Assembly: GCA_044892525.1 (NCBI GenBank)
Contig: CM097885.1
Span: forward strand, 34,598,001 to 34,662,000
Length of the DNA: 64,000 nucleotides
From: Schmidtea polychroa
Lineage: Eukaryota
Reading direction: 5' to 3'
This document shows, piece by piece, positions 25,200-39,200 of this stretch (positions are counted from its first letter, which is position 1; each line of letters starts with the position of its first letter). The position numbers and the translations under genes are program-made. Below the pieces are notes generated by a model, which saw only the letters and a list, made by a program, of their open reading frames with translations, was not told the origin of the DNA and searched no databases.

Positions 25200-26005
25200 C
25201 AGACTATAGTGAGGGGGTCTCGATGGTCCTGGGATTTTCAATACAAAAAAATTTTTTCTATACAAAAATCCGACTATCAATAAAAAAGCATGGATTTTTC
25301 ACACTATAGTGAGGGGGTCTCGATGGTCCTGGGATTTTCAATACAAAAATCCGACTACCACTAAAAAAGCATGGAATTTTCAGACTATAGTGAGGGGGTC
25401 TCGATGGTCCTGGGATTTTCAATACAAAAATCCGACTACCACTAAAAAAGCATGGAATTTTCAGACTATAGTGAGGGGGTCTCGATGGTCCTGGGATTTT
25501 CAATACAAAAAAAATTTTTCAATACAAAAATCCGACTACCAATAAAAAAGCATGGTAATTTAAGGTCTCAGGATATTTTCAATACAAAAATCCGACTACC
25601 ACTAAAAAAGCCAAGGATTTTTCACACTATAGTGAGGTGAGTCTCCTTGGTCCTGAGAAATAGGTGGTCTACACTAAAAAAACGTGGTAATTTAAGGTCT
25701 CAGGATATTTTCAACACAAAAAGCTGGTCTACACTAAAAAAGCATGGTAATTTAAGGTCTCAGGATATTTTCAATACAAAAATCCGACTACCACTAAAAA
25801 AGCCAAGGATTTTTCAGACTATAGTGAGGTGAGTCTCCTTGGTCCTGAGAAATAGGTGGTCTACACTAAAAAAACGTGGTAATTTAAGGTCTCAGGATAT
25901 TTTCAATACAAAAATCCGACTACCACTAAAAAAGCCAAGGATTTTTCAGACTATAGTGAGGTGAGTCTCCTTGGTCCTGAGAAATAGGTGGTCTACACTA
26001 AAAAC
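25200..26005 (+). repeat. Subterminal modular tandem array, left arm (~55-75 bp units: GACTATAGTGAGG..., AAGGTCTCAGGATATTTTCAA...)
   Basis: Repeated units are visible directly; the inverted, longer counterpart is at ~44545-46070. Confidence 0.9.
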
Positions 26006-26014
26006 GTGGTAAAT

Positions 26015-26250
26015 TTTTCAATTAAAGTAAATTATGGTTCTAAAAATTGAAATTAAAGTAAATAATGGTCCAAATTTTAAAATTAAAGTAAATTATGGTT
26101 CTAAAAATTAAATTATAGTAAATTATGGCTCAAATTTTTAAATTACAGTAAATTATGGTCCTAAAAAATTAAATTACAGTAAATTATGGTCCTAAAAAAT
26201 TAAATTACAGTAAATAATGGTCCAAATTTTTAAATTAAGTAATCAATGGT
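26015..26250 (+). repeat. ~30-bp tandem array (AAATTACAGTAAATTATGGTCCTAAA-type), left arm
   Basis: About 8 units here; the inverted counterpart at ~43945-44540 has about 20 units. Confidence 0.85.
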
Positions 26251-26577
26251 AAAAAATTTTAAATAAGTAAATTAAAGTAATAATTTTTAAATAAGTAAAT
26301 TAAAGTAATGTAATAAGTAAATTAAAGTAAGATTTTAAAATTTAATTACAAAATAATAGAAGGTGTTTGAGAATTGAAATTTTTTAATGAAAATTTTTAT
26401 GAAATAATTTTTAAGTAATTTTTAATAGAAATTTTAATGAAATATTTTTCAATGGTAATTTTTAATGGAAATTTTTAAGAAATATTTTTCAATGATAATT
26501 TTAGATGGAAATTTTTAAGATAATTTTTAATGGAAATTTTTATGAAATATTTTTCAAAGCAAATTTTAATAATAATT

Positions 26578-27320
26578 CAACAACAAACCAACAACTTAGT
26601 ACCAACATGTATTTACAACCAGATACTTACAACTAGTTACTAACAACCAGTTACCTGATACCAAGTACCTACAACTAGTTACTAACAACCAACTACTTAC
26701 AACTAGTTACTAACAACCAGTTACCTGCTATCAAGTACTTACAACTAGTTACTAACAACCAGTTACCTGCTACCAAGTACTTACAACTAGTTACTAACAA
26801 CCAACTACTTACAACTAGTTACTAACAACCAGTTACCTGCTATCAAGTACTTACAACAAGATACCAAGTACTAAGCACTGTCAACTAGATACCAAACACT
26901 TACAACTAGATACCACGTACTAACTAACTCTCAAACAATTAGTTACTAACAATCAGTTACCTGCTACCAAGCACTCAACCGTCAACAACCAGTTACTAAG
27001 CATTATTAACCAACTACTAAGTACCTACAATCCACCTACCCATTAACTAGCTACAACCACCTAACAACCAATTACCTTCAACTAGTTACTAACAACTAGT
27101 TACCTGATAGCAACCAACTAGGTACCAGATACCAAGTACTAACAACCAGTTACCAACTACTAAGCATTAATTACCTACAACTAGTTACTAACAACTAGAT
27201 ACCAAGTACATACAACCAACATCAACCAGATACTAAGCATTATCAACCAAGTACTAACAACCAAGTAACTTACCAAGTACTAAGCACTGTCAACTAGATA
27301 CCAAACACTTACAACCAGAT
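26578..27320 (+). repeat. A/C-rich degenerate array (ACAACTAGTTACTAACAACC), left arm
   Basis: Direct reading; inverted copy at ~42900-43615. Confidence 0.9.
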
Positions 27321-27738
27321 GACCACATGAAATTAATGGTTAAATATGAAAATAAGGATTATATTTAGTTGTTAAGTAAATTATGGTGTAAAATTAAGAA
27401 ATAAAGAATAATTAGGTAAATTAAAGTAATAATTTTTAAAAAAGTAAATTAAGGTTCAAAATTTAAAATTAAGTAATAAATGGTTCAAATTTTAAATTAA
27501 AGCTAAAGAAGTAAATTAAAGTAATAATTTTTAAATAAGTAATGTAATAAGTAAATTAAACTAAGATTTTTAAATTTATTATCAAAAGATTGAATAACCA
27601 CCAACTTTTTTGAGAAATGTAATTTTTAATGAAAATTTAAATGGAAATTTTTTTTTAAGTTAATTTTAAATGTAAAATTTTTTAAGTAAATTTTAATGAA
27701 ATAATTTTTTAAGTTAATTTTGAATGAAAATTTTAATG

Positions 27739-27787
<49 letters not shown>

Positions 27788-28259
27788 TCAACAATCAGTT
27801 ACCAACAACCAGATACTAATTATTTTTCACTATGTGCTAAGAAATAAGTACCAAATACTTTCAACACGATACCACGTACTAACTAACTCTCAAACAACCA
27901 CATACTTACAACTAACTACTAAATATTCTTTATTGTATTTTATGAAATGCTTTTTAAATTAATTTTTTATCTGTCTTCAAAAATATGTTTAATTACAATC
28001 AGTAGAAAAAATCTTTTCAAATTTAACAAAAATGTTGATTTTCATCAAAAAATAATTGACAACTCATCACCACGTGAAATTCAAAATAATTTAAGTTACA
28101 ATGAAAGACTAATGAATTCTAATTTACAAAACATTCTTCTTTTAAATGATAACTACTGACTTATTATTGCAAAGTAAAAATCACATTCAATAAATACTTA
28201 TTATTGATCAGTTTTATTATATATACTCTGAGTTTATCCGACAGGATGTTTTGACCCCC

Positions 28260-28349
28260 TAAGGGTACTGGTCGTAAGGGTACTAGTCGTAAGGGTACTG
28301 GTCGTAAGGGTACTGGTCGTAAAGGTACTAGTCGTAGGGGTATTGGTAA
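28260..28349 (+). repeat. 15-bp tandem repeat TAAGGGTACTRGTCG, ~6 copies
   Basis: Direct reading; inverted copy at ~41822-41911. Confidence 0.92.
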
Positions 28350-31300
28350 CACTCAACCACAACCTACCCATTAACTAGCTACTATGTACTAACCACTAGG
28401 TTTCAAACAACAACTACTAACAACCACCATCAAAACCCATCGAGAAATTAACAAATATCAACCTACAACTATATAACAACAATCAGTAAACAACACTGTA
28501 CCAACTACCAAATACAAAATATTCTTCATCACATACACTATTTTCTTATCAAAATCTAAAAAGTCAACCAACTACTTACAACCAACAACTATGTAGTAAC
28601 AAATTAATCTTTAAAAGAAAAATACTCATCACTTGAAAAATTAGATGGAAAATTAATTGAACTCAAGGCATCAATAACTAGGTAAAAATTGATTAAATAA
28701 TTGTAAAAATTTAAATTATTCGAAATAAATATCATAAAAATTAAATTAATGGACAGGAAAAAATTCTAGTCATTAATCATCAAGTAAATAAAAAAAATAC
28801 TGATCATTCAAGTTGAATCAACTAAGTTAATAAATTAATAAAATTTTAAATAAAATCTAATAGATAATTGATTTAGATTGAATAAATTAATTGAAATAAA
28901 ATTAATTTTAATTATTTTTGTAAAAGTAATACATGTACTCAAATTGATTGACTGATTTCTCAATATATTCAAAAATCAGTATAAATTCATTACAAATATT
29001 GGATGAAAAATTAATTGAACTCAAGACATCAATAACTTGGTAAAAATTGATTAAATAATTGTAAAAATTTTAAATTTTCAAAATAAGTGTCATAAAAATG
29101 TAATTAATGGACAAGAAAGAACTTTAAATTCTAGTCATTGATCATTCAAGTTAATATGAATCAACTAAGATAATAAATTAATAAGAATTTTGAAATAAGA
29201 TCTAGTAGATAATTGATTTAGATTGAATAAATTAATTGAAATAAAATTAATTTTAATTATTTTTTTAAAAGTAATACATGTACTCAAATTGATTGACTGA
29301 TTTCTCAATATATTCAAAAAATCAGTATAAATTCATTACAATTATCAAAGTCAGCAATCTACAATAAAAATAATTATCATTAAATTCCAAAAGAGACTAG
29401 ATAACTAATGATAACATCTAACAAACCAGTAAATTCATTCAAATGACAATAATTGGTATATCCAAGTGAATTCTCCAATAAAATCATCTAAAAAGCATCA
29501 TTTTCCCCCTAAATATATCAATATTTAAAGATTGCTATTTTAATGATAAATACTTGTTAAAGATCATATATTCTCCTCAAACTAATAAGATTCCTTAAAA
29601 TCCCTTAAATGGCTATATTTCAACCCTTAATTCATATTATTACAAATAATTCATTAAGATCATCTAAAAAGCATCATTTCCCCTAAATATATCAATATTT
29701 AAAGATTGATATTTTAATGATAAGTACCCGTAAAGGATCATATATTCCCCTCAGACTAATAAGATTCCTTAAAATCCCCTTTAAATGACTATAATTCTAA
29801 CTTTAATTCGTATTATCACGAATATTTCCCTATAAAACATGTAAAATCATTAACCCTAAATAATTTATAAAATCTAATGATAAAACTGGTTATAATTAAT
29901 TTTTTGTTAATCACTGTACTCGATATTTTAAATAAATATTACTACAATATAACTGACTAGGTCCCATTGAAAGATTTATCCATTCAATAAAATATATTTC
30001 TTCAAATGATCATTTTTACCAATATTCAACCGATTTAATTACTAATTAAAATCAAGATTTCTTCCAATAAAGATCAATTTTCTTTAGTCGATGTTTTAAG
30101 TCCATATTTATCAACTTTTGTCATTCTCCCTCTTAAATAAAGATAAAAATAATTTAAAGTTGATATCAATCCAAATTATCTCTAAAGATTTCATTGTCAA
30201 AACCAAGTAAATCGGTCATTAACACTACTTAATAAAACCCTGGATAATTAAAAGAAAATTTAATAAAACATTGTTCTAAAACATAAATCTAAATTAATAT
30301 ACAATGAATTAATCACAACCTAATAAAACGATATAATTTCACATTATTAGTGATTCATAACTGACTAATTGCAATTTCCCTTAAAACATTGATATTTTAC
30401 CAACATTACCCATGTAAATATTCAAAAGATTCCCATCGAAACCCATCCCTCATTAAAAGCAACCGACTATATCTTTCTTAAAATGAAATATTTCCCATAT
30501 TAACCGACTATATCCCTTTAAAAATCATATATTCCCATCTTAACCCATCCCTCATTAAATCTCACCGACAATATCCCATCTTATCCGATCTCTCAGCAAA
30601 TATTTCTACCCCCCCTCATTAAATTTAACCGACAATATCCCATCTTATCCGATCTCTCAGCAAATAATTCTACCCTTTTAAACATCTATCCGATTATATC
30701 CCTTATTTTCCCTAAAGATTCCGCCCACTTGAGCCCTTTAATATATATCAATCCTCTTAAAATCCTCAGAGAAATTCAAAAATATGACTTTTAATTAATT
30801 GTTATAGAACCAGACAAATAATAAGAGCCCATTAAAAGATCAAAATTCACTAAATTTTCTACAAATATTTACCATCAAATACTGGAGATGATATATATTG
30901 TTTGATCATAATTCTTCAGCTATTCAACCAATCATTTTCAAGCAATAACAGCAAACTAAATTTCTGTATATCCTACAATAATTATCAAGTAAATTTAAAG
31001 TTAACTGGTTTCTTAGCTTATGTTTTTTAAAGTTCATCAATGAGTAAATTATTGAAAAAATTATTTAGTCAAATATATTACAAAGTTATCATCAAAAATC
31101 ACTTAATTATTAACCTAATTGTCAATGAAATTAATTTTTATTTAAAAACTATTCAATAAAATACAACTAATTATCAAGAAATTAATTAAATTTATCAATT
31201 AAATTTATCAGTCAACATGAAAGTTTTAGAAAATTGTTCAATATCCTCATAAAAATTTATCATATCACTTGATTATTGTAAAAACTCTAATTATTAACCT

Positions 31301-31408
31301 CATTGAAAATAATTTTTATTTAAAAACTATTCAATAAAATACAACTAATTATCAAGAAATTAATTAAATTTATCTTAGAACTAACTTTAAATATTCATTC
31401 AATAAACA

Positions 31409-31685
31409 TGAAATTCACAAGAATGATAAAAATCCACAAAATGATAGAAATTCACAAAAATAATAGAAATTCACAAAAATAATAGAAATTCACAAAATTG
31501 ATAAAAATTCACAAAAAACGATAAAAATTCACAAGAATGATAGAAATTCACAAGAATGATAAAAATCCACAAGAATAATAGAAATTCATAAAAATGATAG
31601 ATATCCACAAAAAATTACGGAAATTCATGAAAATATTAGAAATTCACGTTTTCATGATGGAAATTCACAAAAATTATAGAAATTT
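31409..31685 (+). repeat. ~20-bp tandem array (GAAATTCACAAAAATGATA)
   Basis: Also at ~33920-34174 (-), 36215-36510 (+) and 38822-39120 (-). Confidence 0.9.
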
Positions 31686-32349
31686 ACTTGAATAAAACCA
31701 TCAACTCTAAAAATTATGAATACCTTAAACATCAAATTTGCTTAAATTCAAATAAAAGCATTAAATACCTTTACGACTAATACCCTTGCGACATGTTGAA
31801 TGTGAGTAGTACCCTTGTGAGCAATACCCATAGGGGGACAGAATATTTTGTCGGATAAACTCAGAGTATATATTAATTAACTCATTCTTCATTGAATTAG
31901 TCAAATTATCATAATTTCAATAAAAATTCTAAAGTGGTAAGCAATGAAAAGACAATTATTCTTTAAACTTTGATAAAATTAACAATGAAGGTGGTAAGAA
32001 TCTTCATTAAAGTGAGGAAATTATTCATTACTCGATTCAAATGGGTGAAAGTAATTGGTAGAATAATTCATTAATGGAGGTAGATAATGAGAATTAGTAT
32101 AGATAAGATGAAGGTTGATAAGAATGGATGTATTGCAACTATTTTCTAAAAATTAACACTTTAATAAAAAAAACTTTTAAAACAAATATTTGTGGGGATG
32201 TATTAAGTGAATAATTAATGGAGAATCGGGGGAATATAGGAGATTAAATAGTGGGATAATGAGAATCGGTGGAATATAAGTGAGAAGGATATGTAATTTA
32301 AACTATTTTATTACGTAACAAGCCGCGACTAGTTTATTACATAACAAGC

Positions 32350-33281
32350 GGTGAATGATATTTTACCAACATTATACATGGTATATAATTTTAATTTTAA
32401 TTGTATTTTTAAATTGTATATATTTTCAATATCATTCTATTGTTTAATACCAATAATAAGTATAAAAAGTCTATAATGATTAATAAATTAATATCTTGTT
32501 AACATTTAACTGAAAATTTAAAAAACTTTACTTAAAATTTAGTGAAATATTTAATTTTGATTGTATTTTATAAGACATATATTTGAGTATTAACTTATTT
32601 TGATTGAAGTATTATATTCAATATTATGATGATTTTTTTTTCTAAATTAAAATATTTTAGTGTAAAATAGTAAATTTAATAATGAATAGAATACAATATT
32701 AAATGACTTTTTAAAAAGAAAAATTACTTTCTATTACCTAATTCCATCATTAAGTTTAAAAAGTCTATAACTGTTAATAAATCAATTTCTTATTCACATT
32801 TTCTTATAAAACTTATATTTTTAAATTTAGTGTAAAGAATTTAATTTTAATTGTATTTTATAAGTCATTTATTTGAATATTTATCTTATTTTTATTGAAA
32901 GGAGTAATATAATTAATAATATGATAATTGATTTTGAAATATTTAGTGTAGAATAATAAATTTATTAATAAATAATTATTACAATATTAAAGGACTTATA
33001 CAACAAATTTTTTGTCTTATTCCATAAAAAAGTTTTAAAGTATATAACTGGTAATAAATAATTTTTCTTATTTACATTTATTTAAAAAAGCTTTACTTAT
33101 AAAATTTATATTTTCTAAGACTTATATTTGAATATTAACTTATTTTGATTGAAAAGGGTAATTGATTTAGAAATTATTTAGTGTAAATCAAAACATTTAA
33201 ATTATTAAGGTATTAAAGTACCTATTCAAAAATTAAAAAAAAAAGACCTAATCAATAATTCTCAATAAAATACCATACACA
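32350..33281. other. 932-bp non-palindromic spacer (loop) of the giant hairpin, copy 1
   Basis: Self-complementarity stops at 32349 and resumes at 33282. A second copy in the same orientation is at 37175-38106. Confidence 0.88.
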
Positions 33282-36200
33282 GCTTGTTATGTAATAAAAT
33301 AGTTTAAATTACATATCCTTCTCACTTATATTCCACCGATTCTCATTATCCCACTATTTAATCTCCTATATTCCCCCGATTCTCCATTAATTATTCACTT
33401 AATACATCCCCACAAATATTTGTTTTAAAAGTTTTTTTTTATTAAAGTGTTAATTTTTAGAAAATAGTTGCAATACATCCATTCTTATCAACCTTCATCT
33501 TATCTATACTAATTCTCATTATCTACCTCCATTAATGAATTATTCTACCAATTATTTTCACCCATTTGAATCGAGTAATGAATAATTTCCTCACTTTAAT
33601 GAAGATTCTTACCACCTTCATTGTTAATTTTATCAAAGTTTAAAGAATAATTGTCTTTTCATTGCTTACCACTTTAGAATTTTTATTGAAATTATGATAA
33701 TTTGACTAATTCAATGAAGAATGAGTTAATTAATATATACTCTGAGTTTATCCGACAAAATATTCTGTCCCCCTATGGGTATTGCTCACAAGGGTACTAC
33801 TCACATTCAACATGTCGCAAGGGTATTAGTCGTAAAGGTATTTAATGCTTTTATTTGAATTTAAGCAAATTTGATGTTTAAGGTATTCATAATTTTTAGA
33901 GTTGATGGTTTTATTCAAGTAAATTTCTATAATTTTTGTGAATTTTTATCAATTTTGTGAATTTCCATCATGAAAACGTGAATTTCTAATATTTTCATGA
34001 ATTTCCGTAATTTTTTGTGGATATCTATCATTTTTATGAATTTCTATTATTCTTGTGGATTTTTATCATTCTTGTGAATTTCTATCATTCTTGTGAATTT
34101 TTATCGTTTTTTGTGAATTTTTATCAATTTTGTGAATTTCTATTATTTTTGTGAATTTCTATTATTTTTGTGAAAATAATTATCATTAAATTCCAAAAGA
34201 GACTAGATAACTAATGATAACATCTAACAAACCAGTAAATTCATTCAAATGACAATAATTGGTATATCCAAGTGAATTCTCCAATAAAATCATCTAAAAA
34301 GCATCATTTTCCCCCTAAATATATCAATATTTAAAGATTGCTATTTTAATGATAAATACTTGTTAAAGATCATATATTCTCCTCAAACTAATAAGATTCC
34401 TTAAAATCCCTTAAATGGCTATATTTCAACCCTTAATTCATATTATTACAAATAATTCATTAAGATCATCTAAAAAGCATCATTTCCCCTAAATATATCA
34501 ATATTTAAAGATTGATATTTTAATGATAAGTACCCGTAAAGGATCATATATTCCCCTCAGACTAATAAGATTCCTTAAAATCCCCTTTAAATGACTATAA
34601 TTCTAACTTTAATTCGTATTATCACGAATATTTCCCTATAAAACATGTAAAATCATTAACCCTAAATAATTTATAAAATCTAATGATAAAACTGGTTATA
34701 ATTAATTTTTTGTTAATCACTGTACTCGATATTTTAAATAAATATTACTACAATATAACTGACTAGGTCCCATTGAAAGATTTATCCATTCAATAAAATA
34801 TATTTCTTCAAATGATCATTTTTACCAATATTCAACCGATTTAATTACTAATTAAAATCAAGATTTCTTCCAATAAAGATCAATTTTCTTTAGTCGATGT
34901 TTTAAGTCCATATTTATCAACTTTTGTCATTCTCCCTCTTAAATAAAGATAAAAATAATTTAAAGTTGATATCAATCCAAATTATCTCTAAAGATTTCAT
35001 TGTCAAAACCAAGTAAATCGGTCATTAACACTACTTAATAAAACCCTGGATAATTAAAAGAAAATTTAATAAAACATTGTTCTAAAACATAAATCTAAAT
35101 TAATATACAATGAATTAATCACAACCTAATAAAACGATATAATTTCACATTATTAGTGATTCATAACTGACTAATTGCAATTTCCCTTAAAACATTGATA
35201 TTTTACCAACATTACCCATGTAAATATTCAAAAGATTCCCATCGAAACCCATCCCTCATTAAAAGCAACCGACTATATCTTTCTTAAAATGAAATATTTC
35301 CCATATTAACCGACTATATCCCTTTAAAAATCATATATTCCCATCTTAACCCATCCCTCATTAAATCTCACCGACAATATCCCATCTTATCCGATCTCTC
35401 AGCAAATATTTCTACCCCCCCTCATTAAATTTAACCGACAATATCCCATCTTATCCGATCTCTCAGCAAATAATTCTATCCTTTTAAACATCTATCCGAT
35501 TATATCCCTTATTTTCCCTAAAGATTCCGCCCACTTGAGCCCTTTAATATATATCAATCCTCTTAAAATCCTCAGAGAAATTCAAAAATATGACTTTTAA
35601 TTAATTGTTATAGAACCAGACAAATAATAAGAGCCCATTAAAAGATCAAAATTCACTAAATTTTCTACAAATATTTACCATCAAATACTGGAGATGATAT
35701 ATATTGTTTGATCATAATTCTTCAGCTATTCAACCAATCATTTTCAAGCAATAACAGCAAACTAAATTTCTGTATATCCTACAATAATTATCAAGTAAAT
35801 TTAAAGTTAACTGGTTTCTTAGCTTATGTTTTTTAAAGTTCATCAATGAGTAAATTATTGAAAAAATTATTTAGTCAAATATATTACAAAGTTATCATCA
35901 AAAATCACTTAATTATTAACCTAATTGTCAATGAAATTAATTTTTATTTAAAAACTATTCAATAAAATACAACTAATTATCAAGAAATTAATTAAATTTA
36001 TCAATTAAATTTATCAGTCAACATGAAAGTTTTAGAAAATTGTTCAATATCCTCATAAAAATTTATCATATCACTTGATTATTGTAAAAACTCTAATTAT
36101 TAACCTCATTGAAAATAATTTTTATTTAAAAACTATTCAATAAAATACAACTAATTATCAAGAAATTAATTAAATTTATCTTAGAACTAACTTTAAATAT

Positions 36201-39200
36201 TCATTCAATAAACATGAAATTCACAAGAATGATAAAAATCCACAAAATGATAGAAATTCACAAAAATAATAGAAATTCACAAAAATAATAGAAATTCACA
36301 AAATTGATAAAAATTCACAAAAAACGATAAAAATTCACAAGAATGATAGAAATTCACAAGAATGATAAAAATCCACAAGAATAATAGAAATTCATAAAAA
36401 TGATAGATATCCACAAAAAATTACGGAAATTCATGAAAATATTAGAAATTCACGTTTTCATGATGGAAATTCACAAAATTGATAAAAATTCACAAAAATT
36501 ATAGAAATTTACTTGAATAAAACCATCAACTCTAAAAATTATGAATACCTTAAACATCAAATTTGCTTAAATTCAAATAAAAGCATTAAATACCTTTACG
36601 ACTAATACCCTTGCGACATGTTGAATGTGAGTAGTACCCTTGTGAGCAATACCCATAGGGGGACAGAATATTTTGTCGGATAAACTCAGAGTATATATTA
36701 ATTAACTCATTCTTCATTGAATTAGTCAAATTATCATAATTTCAATAAAAATTCTAAAGTGGTAAGCAATGAAAAGACAATTATTCTTTAAACTTTGATA
36801 AAATTAACAATGAAGGTGGTAAGAATCTTCATTAAAGTGAGGAAATTATTCATTACTCGATTCAAATGGGTGAAAGTAATTGGTAGAATAATTCATTAAT
36901 GGAGGTAGATAATGAGAATTAGTATAGATAAGATGAAGGTTGATAAGAATGGATGTATTGCAACTATTTTCTAAAAATTAACACTTTAATAAAAAAAACT
37001 TTTAAAACAAATATTTGTGGGGATGTATTAAGTGAATAATTAATGGAGAATCGGGGGAATATAGGAGATTAAATAGTGGGATAATGAGAATCGGTGGAAT
37101 ATAAGTGAGAAGGATATGTAATTTAAACTATTTTATTACGTAACAAGCCGCGACTAGTTTATTACATAACAAGCGGTGAATGATATTTTACCAACATTAT
37201 ACATGGTATATAATTTTAATTTTAATTGTATTTTTAAATTGTATATATTTTCAATATCATTCTATTGTTTAATACCAATAATAAGTATAAAAAGTCTATA
37301 ATGATTAATAAATTAATATCTTGTTAACATTTAACTGAAAATTTAAAAAACTTTACTTAAAATTTAGTGAAATATTTAATTTTGATTGTATTTTATAAGA
37401 CATATATTTGAGTATTAACTTATTTTGATTGAAGTATTATATTCAATATTATGATGATTTTTTTTTCTAAATTAAAATATTTTAGTGTAAAATAGTAAAT
37501 TTAATAATGAATAGAATACAATATTAAATGACTTTTTAAAAAGAAAAATTACTTTCTATTACCTAATTCCATCATTAAGTTTAAAAAGTCTATAACTGTT
37601 AATAAATCAATTTCTTATTCACATTTTCTTATAAAACTTATATTTTTAAATTTAGTGTAAAGAATTTAATTTTAATTGTATTTTATAAGTCATTTATTTG
37701 AATATTTATCTTATTTTTATTGAAAGGAGTAATATAATTAATAATATGATAATTGATTTTGAAATATTTAGTGTAGAATAATAAATTTATTAATAAATAA
37801 TTATTACAATATTAAAGGACTTATACAACAAATTTTTTGTCTTATTCCATAAAAAAGTTTTAAAGTATATAACTGGTAATAAATAATTTTTCTTATTTAC
37901 ATTTATTTAAAAAAGCTTTACTTATAAAATTTATATTTTCTAAGACTTATATTTGAATATTAACTTATTTTGATTGAAAAGGGTAATTGATTTAGAAATT
38001 ATTTAGTGTAAATCAAAACATTTAAATTATTAAGGTATTAAAGTACCTATTCAAAAATTAAAAAAAAAAGACCTAATCAATAATTCTCAATAAAATACCA
38101 TACACAGCTTGTTATGTAATAAACTAGTCACGGCTTGTTATGTAATAAACTAGTCGCGGCTTGTTACGTAATAAACTAGTCGCGGCTTGTTATGTAATAA
38201 AATAGTTTAAATTACATATCCTTCTCACTTATATTCCACCGATTCTCATTATCCCACTATTTAATCTCCTATATTCCCCCGATTCTCCATTAATTATTCA
38301 CTTAATACATCCCCACAAATATTTGTTTTAAAAGTTTTTTTTTATTAAAGTGTTAATTTTTAGAAAATAGTTGCAATACATCCATTCTTATCAACCTTCA
38401 TCTTATCTATACTAATTCTCATTATCTACCTCCATTAATGAATTATTCTACCAATTATTTTCACCCATTTGAATCGAGTAATGAATAATTTCCTCACTTT
38501 AATGAAGATTCTTACCACCTTCATTGTTAATTTTATCAAAGTTTAAAGAATAATTGTCTTTTCATTGCTTACCACTTTAGAATTTTTATTGAAATTATGA
38601 TAATTTGACTAATTCAATGAAGAATGAGTTAATTAATATATACTCTGAGTTTATCCGACAAAATATTCTGTCCCCCTATGGGTATTGCTCACAAGGGTAC
38701 TACTCACATTCAACATGTCGCAAGGGTATTAGTCGTAAAGGTATTTAATGCTTTTATTTGAATTTAAGCAAATTTGATGTTTAAGGTATTCATAATTTTT
38801 AGAGTTGATGGTTTTATTCAAGTAAATTTCTATAATTTTTGTGAATTTTTATCAATTTTGTGAATTTCCATCATGAAAACGTGAATTTCTAATATTTTCA
38901 TGAATTTCCGTAATTTTTTGTGGATATCTATCATTTTTATGAATTTCTATTATTCTTGTGGATTTTTATCATTCTTGTGAATTTCTATCATTCTTGTGAA
39001 TTTTTATCGTTTTTTGTGAATTTTTATCAATTTTGTGAATTTCTATTATTTTTGTGAATTTCTATTATTTTTGTGAATTTCTATCATTTTGTGGATTTTT
39101 ATCATTCTTGTGAATTTCATGTTTATTGAATGAATATTTAAAGTTAGTTCTAAGATAAATTTAATTAATTTCTTGATAATTAGTTGTATTTTATTGAATA

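Larger units (their letters stand above)
29367..39077 (+). repeat. ~4.8-4.9 kb direct tandem duplication containing the central hairpin (29367-34174 and 34173-39077)
   Basis: AAAATAATTATCATTAAATTCCAAAAGAGACTAG begins at both 29367 and 34173, and the two copies stay colinear through the spacer. Confidence 0.92.

Noticed and set aside
25200..26005. Regularly spaced repeats resembling a CRISPR array
   Set aside because: The intervening sequences are themselves repeated (no unique spacers), there are no cas genes, and the context is a eukaryotic intron.
28164..28352. Duplicated ORF MLPIPLRLVPLRPVP... (also 41819-42007) and other short ORFs in the palindrome
   Set aside because: These are translations of 15-bp or ~60-bp tandem repeats. 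They are duplicated only because of the palindrome and have no domain signal.
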